A stretch of DNA of 62,992 bases, the filler included, from Octopus bimaculoides (taxonomy: Eukaryota), in assembly GCF_001194135.2 (NCBI RefSeq). It is 7 parts of 6 records of this genome, joined end to end, with 100 filler letters (N's around TTAATTAATTAA, not from the genome) between each part and the next. Parts side by side here need not be neighbours in the genome. Positions count along the whole stretch, not along the records: positions 1 to 12,001 come from NC_068999.1; 6 more parts are not named here. The stretch is one strand, 5' to 3'. Below the pieces are notes generated by a model, which saw only the letters and a list, made by a program, of their open reading frames with translations, searched no databases and had not been told where the DNA came from. Shown here piece by piece: positions 1-11,423 of the stretch; the stretch's first letter is position 1; each line of letters starts with the position of its first letter. Both the position numbers and the translations under genes were made by a program.

Positions 1-2040
1 AGAGTGTTTTCTTCTTTCTAGTGTGTTATTAAAGGATATTAGTTGCGGCTTATATTTTTTAATGGGCATACTTTCCTTATTCAATCGGAATTGGGGTAAA
101 ATGTTTCCGGCGCATTGATAGAGAGGGAAGATTTGGTATTTCGGATTTATGTCTGCGGGGCATTGATCTAGGTGTTTACTTACGAGGATTTTCCTGGTCG
201 TGGGGTCCCGGATTTGTTGTCTGTGTACTGTAAGTCACAAACTAGTTTGACCTATGCAGTCTCCATCACACACATCATATTTGAGGACATAAATTAAGTT
301 CTTCAGTGAAGTGATTCTTTATGGTGAAAGTTTGACCTGACTTAAATTTATATATCGGGCTCTTCAAGGGGTAGATGCAAGTCCCACAGTTAGGGCGGTT
401 GCATTTTTTGACTAGTGGGGTTGTATTTTGGTGGGTAATTTGGCGCTGGCAAGTAACCTTTTTAAGAATTGCGGTTGCCTCTTACTTTTAATAACTCTAC
501 GTGTTTCCAGTGCTTTTTTCACTCGCAAGTCGCTCATAAGGAGGTGTATGATCTGATGGATGATGTATGCTTCCATGTTCTTCGGATTGCATGCTGATAC
601 TTAAAACAAAGTTTTGAGTGTGTCATGGGGCTTCGTGTTTTTCGTAATTCTCGGATGTCTATCATTTTTGCACGTTCTATTCAGTTTTTGATTAAATTAG
701 CCGGGTACTTTCTTTCTAGTAATGTGTTTTTTAAGTTCTTAGAGTCGTTTTTCTTGGGTTTCGGGATTTGATGTAATCGAGCAAATTCTTCGTGCCAAGT
801 TGAAAGGTATATTGATTTTAGTATGTTTTGAATAGCAGGAAGAGAATAGATATTGTTTCGATTCCGTTAGTTTAAAGTAGATGTCAGTTTCAATTTTAGT
901 ATCTCTTTTTATGATTAAAATGTCCAGTTGCTGTTTGTGGCTGTATTCCATTGTAAATTGGATACTGTGGTTAATGCTGTTGATTAAGTTTTTAAAGTAT
1001 GCAATGACAAGGTTAACAAAAGTAGGGGCTACCCTCGTTACCATCGCAGTGTCCGATTTTTGTCTGTTGGTGTTCTCGTTGAAGTTGAAGAAGTTGTTTT
1101 CTGAAGGATGAATTTTAGTCCTTTAATGATAAGTCCTTTTCCGATTCGGTCAGCAATGTCATTTGGGGAAATTTTCCAGACAGAATTCTATGATTTCTAT
1201 GCCGTATTCGTGAGGAATCGAGTTGTAGAGGTTTATTACATCGAATGAAACTAGAAGGGGGCCTTGCTGGTTTTGTTCGGGTGATGATTTAAAAAGTCTA
1301 GGTCATTCCTTACGAAACTCGGTATATGCTGGAGAATAGATTTTAGGAGGACGTCAATAAAGTTACCGAGTCTGTGTTTCACAGGAAGGACCAGCCACAA
1401 TTGGTCTCCTTTTGAAATCTCTTGGATGTGGAATATTTATGACAAAAGAATTTGATTTGCTACAGGCTTCGTTTATGGCTTCACTTTCGTGGATTTTGGG
1501 AAGTCCATAAAAGTTGCTGGCTTTGCAGCCAAATCTAGTTAAGTAATCTCTCTCCTTGTCCGTTAAACCTTGTTTGAACAGATGGATAAGAGTAATAAGT
1601 TTTGCTATTATCTTGGATTGACTGTAGTTGTTGATTTTTTCGTAGTAGGTATTGTCTTGAAGGAGGATTAGGGTAGTGTTTATTTACTATTCTCAGTTCA
1701 TGATTACTACAACACTCCCTTTATCGGCTTCTTTTATAACTATATTATAATCCACCTTGAGATCATTAATGATTTCCCATTCTCCTCGGCTTGTATTTGT
1801 TTTAAATTTTCGAGGAGGGAGTAAATTATAGGGATAATTGGATACGCGGTGGTAGTAAATTATAGGGATAATTGGATACTCCCAGCGTGTCCAATTATAG
1901 GGATAACTGGACACGCTGGTAGTTGTGGCGTGCTCCTGTAATCTAGCTACTCGGAAGCTTGGTTGGTTGACCTGTTTGAGGATGGGAGTCCTGGTAGTCG
2001 GTCTTCTATGGCGATCGGGTGTCCGCGCTAAACTCGGCAT
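1..2040 (-). mobile_element. Decayed Penelope-like retroelement (RT plus C-terminal GIY-YIG endonuclease), running off the window start
   Basis: Manual minus-strand translation gives IVIKEADKGSVVVIMN (~1700), GLPKIH, RPIVAGPSC, LVSFDVINLYNSIPHEYG (RT motif A, ~1200-1260), TAMVTRVAPTFVNL (motif B), the thumb segment KHTKINIPFNLARRIC, and NLIYVLKYDVCDGDCIGQT (GIY-YIG, 241-300). There are many stops and frameshifts. Confidence 0.9.
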
Positions 2041-2042
2041 CA

Positions 2043-2076
<34 letters not shown>

Positions 2077-2089
2077 ATTATCTTTTTTT

Positions 2090-2290
2090 TTGTTTCAGTT
2101 ATTAAACTTGCCATGCTGGTGCACCTCTTGAAGAATTTTTAGTCGAATGAATTGACCCCAGTACTTATTTTGTATGCTTGATACTTATTTTATCAGTCCC
2201 GTTTACAAAACTGGGACTGATAGAATATCTAAATACACCAACATCACCTGTTAAGTGGTGATGGGGAACAAACACAAAGACAAAGACACA
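2090..2290 (-). mobile_element. 3' half of the CORE-type tRNA SINE (diverged)
   Basis: Matches the 3' half of the full copy at 21418-21842 (gtttcagt..gccatgctgg..tagtcga..gacccca..tacttatt..aaacacacc..ggggaacaaacac). Confidence 0.7.
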
Positions 2291-3369
2291 CACACAAACA
2301 CGCACACACATACACACACACACACGCACACACACTCACACACATATTGTCAATGTGTTGTTTGTGTTCACATTACTGGTGCATCTGCGGTTGGCTCTGG
2401 GCCGAGGGATGTTGTTGTTGCCACCAGTGTTGGGAGGGGGTGATGTCAGTACTATTATAATTACGACGCTCGGGTCCGGCGATGCAGCTGTGCCTGCTGT
2501 CGCTGTGGTTATCATCGTTGTGATGGTCGTCTCTGGCCGTAGAGTTGGTGCTGTTGTCGCTGGTGGTGACGTGGGTGCCGTTGATGGTAATGTTGGGTGT
2601 GGGACCGGTAACTTCACTGGTGCTGCTGGTGTCGACATGGTCATCTTTTTCGGCTGTAGTGCTGGTACTGGAGTCGTTGGCGTCAGTGCTGGTGTTTCTG
2701 CCACTGTGTCCGATACCGTCAATGTTATTGGATGATTTGTTGCTGCTATTACTGCGGTCACTAGGCCTGGGTATCACCACAGCTTCATAGATTACTCCCT
2801 CAGCCTCTCACTGGAAGTCATTGTACACCTTGCAAGAGCAACCTGCCTCATCACGGTGTTTTATGGGTGTTAGCTAATATACTTTTCATGTTGGGTGCAA
2901 ACTAAAGGAGACCCTTAGATTGTGCCTATTGAATAAATTTCTGTATCTGTGTGTCTGCGTGAAGTGTCTCTTAACCTGAGGAATATCCTTTTTACACAAG
3001 TCTTGACGTTGAGTGAGAAGGGTGGGCCAAACCAAACCACGTTTCATAACGACTTCCTACCTCCAAAAAGTGAAGAGTTATTTTTTTCTTCAGGCTAGAG
3101 CCTAATGAGTCGTCCACAAAGCTACAGCCTTAGCTACAACCTTCGTGGATGCGAAACCTAACGCTAACTTTATTTCTTTAATACTTTACTGCTTTATACT
3201 TTAGAGTGTGCTTCTTTTTCGGATATGTGATACATTGACATTCCATCCGCAACACGGACACAGTGTTTTACGAAGGCCACCACATGGTTTACGTTTGATA
3301 GCTGCACCAACTCCTTGCGCTTCTGCATATTCACGATTGCCACAAACTCTCAGACATGGAACGTTACAT

Positions 3370-4010
3370 TATTGGTTATTCTACAATGAATATCCCAATA
3401 CCTTCCAATGAGATCTATACAAGCTTGAAGCCTTCGAAGCAGACCTACAGGGCATCATACCCAAGCTATAGTTTCATAAGTCCTCTTCCCCTTTTCAACG
3501 CGAACTCCATGAAGACATACAAAATATAAGGGCCGACAGGTCCCTAATCTTCTCGGATAAGACTAAGAACATAGACATGACAGATACAAACACTTACGAT
3601 AGCCTTTTAGACAATTGAATTACCCAAAAATACAGGCGCGCTTCCCCGAACACGTACAATAACATTAACTGCGGAACCAAACAGATAGCAATTAACCTAG
3701 GTATAGCGGATAGGGTAGAAATTTTAGCCACGAGAAATACTCTCTTCGCAATAAAAGACCACAAGCCAAACTTTGCCTCTAACCCCAAATGCCGCCTGAT
3801 CAACCCGGCCAACTCCGAGATCGGCCAGGCGAGCAAGGATATACTAAGGAAGATTAATGACAACATAGCCTCCAGCCTCTCTCTGTGACGCAGCACTAAA
3901 AAGGTGACCACATGGTTTAATGCCAACTGCGGAGGGGCAGAGCAAGGTTCACAAAATCGACATAGTCGATTTTTACCCGTCGATATCGAAAGGATTGCTG
4001 ATGAAGGCAC
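3370..4010 (+). mobile_element. Naiad-like PLE reverse transcriptase N-terminal fragment (pseudogene, internally deleted)
   Basis: GYSTMNIPIPSNEIY, LEAFEADL..FQRELHEDI..FSDKT, IKDHKPNFASNPKCRLINPANSEIGQASKDIL, then DIVDFYPSISKGLLMKAL after a frameshift. In-frame stops occur at ~3469, 3616 and 3886. The clade assignment is from recalled motif layout. Confidence 0.8.
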
Positions 4011-4489
4011 TTACCTTTGTGTTATAATGTGAATCCGCGTCCACTTGTATATTATCATCAGCATCGTAATATTCTTGTCGCCATTATTACGTTGTGACAG
4101 TATTTCGCGTTTTATCTTTGATTCGTCTATCGTGCTATCGCTGATAGTTCCGCAAGACAACGACTTTGAAGCGTCTATCATGACGGTAGCTGAAACTCGT
4201 ATATTTCGCGTAACTGACACTGACTCCGACTGAGAACTCGTACAACGACTCTACTACTACTGACCTCCTACAATGTCTGGCTGTCTGCTTTATCACTATA
4301 AAGCATACCACTTTGCCACGTGAGAAGGAGTGCACCATTTTAACTACATCTCCCCTTTTATTTATTTTTTTTCTTTGGAAATTTCTTTGGAAATTTTCTT
4401 TGGAAATTTCCACTCTCACGTAACAACTTTCTTTTGTAACATAACCACTGAGAAGCCACAGCCAATTATTCCATAAACCTGACACTGAA

Positions 4490-5330
4490 AAATTTTTGAC
4501 ATCATTCACAGACTCCTTCACCTTGGTATCAGGTGACATAGTATGGCCAAGCAAATTGGAGAGTGGACCAAAATCTATATCCCTTGCCAACAAGTGAAAA
4601 TCCATCAGCTTACCAAGCACCTCTCAGCAACTATGAATCTCCACAAGCCGATTTCAGCCACATCAACATTGACCTTGTTGACTCCAACCATCATCGCTAT
4701 GTTACTCATAACCCTCTTACCATTGGTGGACCGCTTCACTCGTTAGCCCGAGGCTATACCTATCTGTAACACAGAAACACAAGAAATCACCTGTCCCTTC
4801 GTTATAAACTGGGTCATTCGTTTAAGTGTTCCGGATAGCATCTCATTGGACAGTGGACCTCAATTCATCTCAAAGATGTGAAATGACATGTGTGAGCTTT
4901 TCGGCCTCAACATGAATTTCACAACAGCCTATTGCCCCCAAGCCAATGACTTGGTGGAGTAATTCCACCTCTGCTTGAAGGAGTCCCTCATCACTAGATT
5001 TAACGGGTCCAACTAGATCAACCACTGCCATGGGTGATGTTGGGAATTCTCACTACAGTTAAGAAAGACTTATATACTTCCTCTGCAGAAATGGTATAGG
5101 GCGTGCCACTTACTGTACCTGACAAATTCATTTTGAACATGAACTCGAACCCTGATGCTAAAAAGTACCTTGAATAGTTGAGAGATAATGTAGGCCAGTT
5201 ACCCTATGTCAATGCATAGTACACCAATGTCCTCTATTCCACGTGATTCTCAAAGAGCAAAGTTTGTGTTCATTCATTGTGAGGCACAGTGTAAACGCGT
5301 TTCGGCCACCTTATGATGGACCATGACAAG
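4490..5330 (+). mobile_element. Ty3/Gypsy integrase pseudogene
   Basis: MAKQIGEWTKIYIPCQQVK (zinc-finger end), FSHINIDLV, LVDRFTR*PEAIP, SLDSGPQFIS, TTAYCPQANDLVE*FHLCLKESL, PWVMLGILTTVKKDL..SSAEMV*G. Confidence 0.9.
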
Positions 5331-5520
5331 TCATTTCAACATGATTTCAATTGATAGAAGCCAGCCCATTTCAACAGTGACAACAGTTCAACCACCAGAC
5401 CAAAAGGTACCTAAGCAAATCAGCAACTCATCCCCTCCCCGAATGATAAACAGTTGTACAGGACAAGTGGTGAAAATACCTTATTATTTCCAATAACAAA
5501 AACAATTCCATGGGAAATAT

Positions 5521-5794
5521 GTAGAGCATTATCTGCAAAATTGTAAAGGATGAACTGTCGTTGCAAATTAGCTGAATGGTGATCATTCACTGTAGACTTA
5601 GTATTTAACTGTGCAGTAAGGATATTCCCTTGATGCTTTGTGACTCAATCTTCATTCCGGGATAGTCTTTCTCTCACTGCTAGCAATGTTTATGCTGTCA
5701 CCCTTATTTATGTAGCTTAACAAATATTGGAGAGACTCCTACTTTTTGTTTAGACGTCTCTCTAGTTGAAGGAAAACCCTGATATAACACTCAC
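5521..5794 (+). repeat. Possible 3' LTR of the Gypsy element
   Basis: TG...CA-bounded segment downstream of the integrase, preceded by a weak purine run (gggaaata). No second LTR is present to confirm it. Confidence 0.3.
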
Positions 5795-6168
5795 AGTTTC
5801 ATATGCAACCAATGATATGAACTAGTTCTTCTTTTTGAGCAGACGCATATGTTGTTTAGAGAGTGGGATCTGCCCTGTGCAAGGCTTTTTCTTGGTTTAA
5901 ATACTTCCGGTATATACGTTGTTTGATTTTTAACATGTGTTGCATACCATGATTGGCTGTAGCCGAAAAAGGCAAAACAATAAAAAATTCTATGAAGATA
6001 TGTGTCAGCATGGGTAGTAAGCTCTCTTAACATCTGCTGCAAGAGGCACCGGTTATTGCCACATCTATGCAAGAGATCATAGGCCCTTAGCAGAACTGAA
6101 AAGTCACATTTAGGCAGCTGATATTTAAGAGTTGCCGTCAGCATATATGATAGGTATGTATATAAATA

Positions 6169-7013
6169 CGAAGTGATATCAAAAAGTTTCCGGACTAGTT
6201 CTGTAGCGTACCAACAGATGGCGCAGTGACTTTCATGAGGCAGTGTTCCAAGTGACATTACTATGTTTACCTTGCAAGCTGTCAAATTTGTGTTTTTATG
6301 ATCATGTGTATGCTGTTGCAATTTTGTTATGGACAGGAACAAAGAGTCAACGTGAAATGTTGTGTTAAACTTGAAAAATCTGCTACAGAGACATTGAGCA
6401 TGCCTCCGGCAAGCTTACGATGACAAGGCAATGGGTCGTACGCAATGTTTCGAGTGGCACAGGCACTTCAAAAGTGGAAGAACGTTCCTGGAAGACGATG
6501 AACTATCTGAAAGACCTGTCATGAGTGTCATCCCAGGAAATGTGGAGAAAATTCAACAGTTTATGCATGAGGATCATCGGAGGACAAATTAACAACGTTT
6601 TAAAGCATTTGTGGGAGGACATTCAGTGAAAGTGACCGGATCTGTGGAGCACGAAGTATTGGATTTTTCACGACAACAATGCACCTTGTCACCGAGCTCT
6701 CCTCACTCGTAAGTTTCTTGCCGAAGACAACGCCTGCCCTATTCGCCAGATCTAGCACCATCTCTTCCCAAAATGAAATTGAAGCTCAAAGGTCACCGTT
6801 TTAACAATATTGTCGAGATCAAGAGTAAATTGCAGAAAGTCCTCGACTCACAGAAAACGGTTTCCAAACCGGATTACAAAAGTGGCAGGAACGCTGGGAC
6901 TGGTGTATTGCCGCACAAGGTGACTATTTCGAAGGAGATGATGTTAGAACTTAGATAAATAAGTTATATTTTATTAAAGATAACTAGTCCGGGAACTTTT
7001 TGCAACCACCTCG
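6169..7013 (+). mobile_element. Internally deleted mariner element with both TIRs and TA target duplication
   Basis: 32-bp TIRs at 6169-6200 and 6982-7013 (27/32 match), with TA on both sides. Transposase remnants: QRVNVKCCVKLEKSATET, FEWHRHFKSG, PYSPDLAP, KMKLKLKGHRF, CIAAQGDYFEGD. Confidence 0.95.
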
Positions 7014-7035
7014 TATATATATATATAGTATGCAT

Positions 7036-7830
7036 TTTTCAACTTGACCTTCTGTATCTGTTTTCCGTTCATTTGTTCATTTACTGTTTTTTGGTTTATT
7101 AATCAATGGAGCGTAGCGCACCCTTTTATTCACAGTGAGTTGTTTTTTATATTCGTGCGATTTCTATCTATATTCTCCTCCTTTCTTCTCTCTTCTTTTT
7201 CTCTCTTTCTCCCTTCCTCTCCCCCCCCCTCTCTCTCTCTCTCTCTCTTTCCCTCTTTTTCCCCTTTCCTCACTGCCCTCTATGTCTCTGCCTGCTACAC
7301 TTTTTCTCTTTCCTCCACTTCAATATGTTTTGCTGTCTGTTGTCCTTCTGTTCCTTATCCTTTAGGATTTCCCTCTTAGCGTTATCTATATTTTCATCTC
7401 CGTCTAGCCCTAAGGCTATATTCTGTTTGTTTATTTATTTCATTCTTTGTCCCTCGTCCGTCCATTAACGGTCGCGTCTTAGATTATTTTTATCCATTTT
7501 CGTATGTCCATTTCCCTATTGCTTGTTTGTCCGTCTTGTTTTGTTATGTTTTGCTCCCATTCCCGGCAAGTTTCTTGCCAGTTGCCACTAGAGTGGAATC
7601 AATATTATTGATAATGACACGAAATTGCGTTTGACACACTGGCCGATAATTATTGAGAAGTTGGTGACCTACTGTGTTTGTTTTTTATTCATCTGCGCAT
7701 TTAGTATATGGTTTTCAACTTCACCTTCTGTGTCTGTTTTCCGTTCGTTTGTTTATTTACTATACGTTTTTTTTATTTATTAATTAATGGAACGCAGTGT
7801 ACCCTTTTATTCACAGTGAGTTGTTATATA
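7036..7830 (+). repeat. Two diverged ~115-bp direct repeats (7036-7151 and 7712-7830)
   Basis: Both read ttttcaactt.accttctgt.tctgttttccgttc.tttgtt.atttact...aatgga.cg.ag.g.acccttttattcacagtgagttgtt. Confidence 0.8.
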
Positions 7831-8229
7831 TACAATTAGATATTAGATAATAAAACGAATGGTATATAGCTGGTAGCTTACTGGTAAAGCACAGTCACTT
7901 TCACAGTGTTCGTTATGTATCTGGTTGAGAGATGGAAGGTGGAAGGTACGAGAGTTTTTTTTTTAATCACTACAATTGTTTCGACACATGTAGCATTAAT
8001 CCCTCACGGGATACAACTGGTTCAAGGGCATCCGACGGTGCAGATGTACCTCTTCTGATGATAAACAGATACAACTCGTTAAAATAACAATTCCGCAATG
8101 TATCTTCTCAGTTTTTGTGAAAAAAAGCAGCAAATTTAAGGATATAGCTTCATTTATATAGAAGATCAATAATAAAATAACAGATGTAAAAAAAGAAACC
8201 AACAAGTATTAAATATATCTGTTAACGGA

Positions 8230-9320
8230 TATGGATGTATAAACGCCCTCGCGTGGCTTGTATGACGCACGTACACTCGCTCATACAAACCTGCTTGATA
8301 TGTAGAAAAGTCATAGGTAGAAACTTCATTACGTGTACCCTGTGCAAGCTACAGACACATAAGAAATGCAGCAATATCAGAGGAAGGTTAACAGAAAAAG
8401 TATGTGGCAGATGCATAGGTACAATGTACAGAAAACAAACTTCGTAAAATGACGTGGGGTAGAATTAGAGGTGGTAGAGAGCTTCCGCTGCCTGGGTGAC
8501 CAGCAGTGGAGGTGGATGCTCCAAGAGCATAGCTGCAAGAATAAGAATAAGCTCCTACCCTTGTTGGCAACAAAGGGCTTTTCCCTCGGAATGAAAGGCA
8601 GATTTTATGATGCCTGTGTGCAAACAGCAATGCTACACAGCAGTAAAACATGGGTTCTAACTGCAGAGGACATGCGAAGGCTTGAAATAAAATGAAGCTA
8701 ATATGCTTTGCTGGATGAGCAATGTCAGTGTGCATGTACGACAGTGTGTCTTGAGAGAAAAATTGGACAGAAGCGGCATCAGATGTGGTGTGCAAGAGAG
8801 GAGACTGTCTTGGTATGGTGATGTGATGCATATGGATAAGGACAGCTATGTAAAGAAGTACCAATCTCTAACTGTGGATGGAACCTATGGAAGAGATAGA
8901 CCCAGGAAAACATCCGACGAGGTGGTGAAGCCTGATCTTCAGATATTGAGTCTCACAGAGGCGATGACAAGTGATTGAGACCTCTGGCGATTTGCTGTGC
9001 TTGGGAAGACACATCAAGTCACATGAAATCATAGTCGTGGCTAGTGACGATGACACGTAAAAGACACCTGTACCAGTGACACATAAAAAGCATTTGTGTC
9101 AGGGAGACGTGAAAACCACCCATGCCGGCAACATGTAAAAGGCACCCACTACACTCTTAGAGTGGTTGGCGCTAGGAAGGATACCCAACCGCGGAAACCA
9201 AGCCAATTCAGACTGGAGCCTGGTACAGCTCTCAGGCGTACCAGTCCCAGTCAAACCGTCTAACTCATGCCAGCATGGAGAACGGATGCTAAATGATGAT
9301 GATGATGATGATGATGATGC
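8230..9320 (+). mobile_element. 5'-truncated RTE-clade LINE: C-terminus, 3' UTR and (GAT)n tail
   Basis: Cys-rich CLICRKVIGRNFITCTLCKLQTHKKCSNIRG..CGRCIG, then KGRFYDACVQTAMLHSSKTW, RRLSWYGDVM, GRDRPRKT.DEVV. The 3' UTR ends catgccagcatggagaacggatgctaaat(gat)n. Confidence 0.9.
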
Positions 9321-9334
9321 ATCCTTTATCTTTT

Positions 9335-9560
9335 TTCTTTGACTTGTTTCAATCATTAGACTGCAGCCATGTGGGGAACTGCTCTGAAGACATTTTAGTA
9401 GAATGAATTGACTCCACTGCTTATATTTTTTTAAGCCAGGTACCTATTCTAGCAGTCTCTTGCTAAACTGCTAAGTTACAGAGATGTAAACACACCTACA
9501 TCAATTATCAAGTGGTGGTGGGGAACAAAGACAGACACACAGAGACATATATGTATAATG
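9335..9560 (-). mobile_element. 3' half of the CORE-type SINE
   Basis: Similar to the 3' half of 21418-21842. Confidence 0.7.
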
Positions 9561-9572
9561 TGTGTGTGTGTG

Positions 9573-9607
<35 letters not shown>

Positions 9608-9617
9608 NNNNNNNNNN

Positions 9618-9653
<36 letters not shown>

Positions 9654-9884
9654 TATACATATAAATAAATATAAGATCCAAGGATCGAGTTAGTTTCAAG
9701 TAAACCACAGTGCATATGAAAAACAACTTTCAGGAACAACAGTGGTTTATTGAGACGGAAGGTTGTGGATTTTTTCTTATCGAAGTACGACAAATTGAAA
9801 AAAGTTCTTTTTATATTTCACGGTAGGCAACCAGGGTTGCCAGGTATGCGAATAAGAATACAAGAGTTAAGGAATGGAGTAGAT

Positions 9885-9987
9885 AAGATCCGGGCTACAT
9901 ATGTTTCATAGCAAGCAGAACATCACAAGTGGTAAATATCCAAGCGAGGTGTATACCGAAGGCTACTCTTCAGGCCAAGGATATCTT
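9885..9987 (-). ncRNA. Type-I hammerhead ribozyme motif with long loop 2 and palindromic stem III
   Basis: Minus strand: GGC-CTGAAGA(9973-9967)-GTAGC..49 nt..GCTAT-GAAA-C-ATAT-GTA-GCC. Stem I extends through a bulge (AAGAT.CC/GG.ATCTT). The cleavage triplet is GUA. Confidence 0.75.
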
Positions 9988-10109
9988 GATTAAATGAAAG
10001 TTTACAATAGGTATAGGTGGGCGTTGTGGTAAATTCAAGGATCGGGTGTTAGTAGTGGAATTATAGTTGGAATTATGAGGGTTAGTGCTGTTAAGGGAGT
10101 CAGTTGGTG

Positions 10110-11423
10110 TTTTGAGTCTATATGTATGGAGCTAGATTTAGGGAAATGTTTTTCGGGTTGGACGAAGAAGAGTTTAGGCACTCGAATCTGAACATTAAAG
10201 GAGAAGAGAAGGTAGAACCAGATAACGTCCCGGGTTCTTGTTCGTTTAATCCGATTAACTGAGTGGAAATAGGGTTTTGGGGATGCACGCTGGTGTCTGT
10301 TTCGGTGAGTTGCGATGTATATAGGATGTATATAGGAGTCATCTGGCAGGAGGGTTGTTCCTCACAAAATAATAATCCCCTCACAAGTTCATCCGGAACA
10401 CCCCCTACAAACCTATGCAGCTTCAGACGCCAAACCTCCTGTCCTTTATATAACCGCTGTCTCACAAAAACATAGTTTACAAGTGTACAATATCAGCTGC
10501 CAACTGTAACTACATATATATCGGCTCATGCAGCACCACCTTCAAAGCTAGAGTGAGCAACCACTTTTGTTTCAAGTCCCAAACAAAATCCAACAGTACA
10601 TCGTTATCTCAGCTTATCAATAAACTAAAGTTTGATTCAACTCCTTACACTCTGAAGTGGTCCATAGTCACCCACGCCAAACCATACAGCAGCTATAATA
10701 ACAAATGTAACCTCCCCATAGCCGAGGTCTTAGCTATTTTGCAATCCACGGATTGTCTTAATGAAAGCAGCAGTATAATTTTTGCCTGCAAACATCGATC
10801 ACTAAATATATTCTCAAAATACAAATACCAACAACCCCATCCCGCTTTTTTCCCCTAACCTTCATAAATTTTCTCTTTTATACAACTACCGCTATATGTT
10901 TAATCGACTTTATATCTTCTCTTTAATTCCTTTTTGTCATTTACACACTTCTCTCAGTATCGTTCCTTACCATATATAAAAATCTTTTTTCTCTTCTTTC
11001 ACCTGCCTCCTCCTCCTCCTACCCTCCCCCCTTGTAAACTTACAAGTACATATGCCAACATACACCTCTACTACTTCATACTGTAAACATGTTCACCGCA
11101 CACAATATACACTCCTTAACTGATTGCTAGTAGTAGCCGCCACGATTCTTGTTGGAACTCACACACAAGGTACAGGAAAATCATATATACACCATTCTGC
11201 TTAAATAATGGAACTGCAAATACAATATCCTTACGTATCTCACGTCTGTTTTCATTCCTCCACTTCACTCTGTATTTCATATCTTCTCTATAATAACTAT
11301 TACTTAAACATCTTCTCGCACCGTCTCTGATGAAGGGATATATAAAATATCCCGGAAACAGCTGTAAGACCTTCTTTTTATAAATATTCTGAAGACTATT
11401 CTCAGCCTTGGATTTTTTATCTC
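10110..11423 (+). mobile_element. Naiad-like PLE 3' part (GIY-YIG, 3' UTR, pLTR) with an inverted 5' segment
   Basis: Plus strand: C-S-F-RRQTS-C-PLYNR-C (CxCx5Cx5C-like), VYKCTI..YIYIGSC..FKARVSNH, NSTSLS..LK..YTLKWSIV..AKPY..KCNL..AE..LNE.S...CKHR. Minus strand 10330-10120: KRTRTRDVIWF..FNVQ..KHFPK. Confidence 0.8.
11323..11370 (+). ncRNA. Minimal type-I hammerhead ribozyme in PLE pLTR
   Basis: GTCT-CTGATGA-A-GGGATAT(ataaa)ATATCCC-G-GAAA-C-AGCT-GTA-AGAC. Stem III is palindromic (ACAGCTGT). Predicted cleavage is after 11366. Confidence 0.85.

Noticed and set aside
1862-1910. TAGGGATAA resembling an I-SceI site
   Set aside because: Only the first half of the 18-bp site matches, and it lies within the Penelope ORF.
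3616-3888. In-frame TGA codons as selenocysteine (some Naiads are reported to encode Sec)
   Set aside because: TGA 3886 is at an expected Trp, and the fragment also has a TAG stop, a frameshift and a deletion. In the 10.4-10.9-kb copy the Cys positions are not TGA, and I saw no SECIS-like AUGA/GA hairpin. TGA 3616 cannot be resolved without a consensus.
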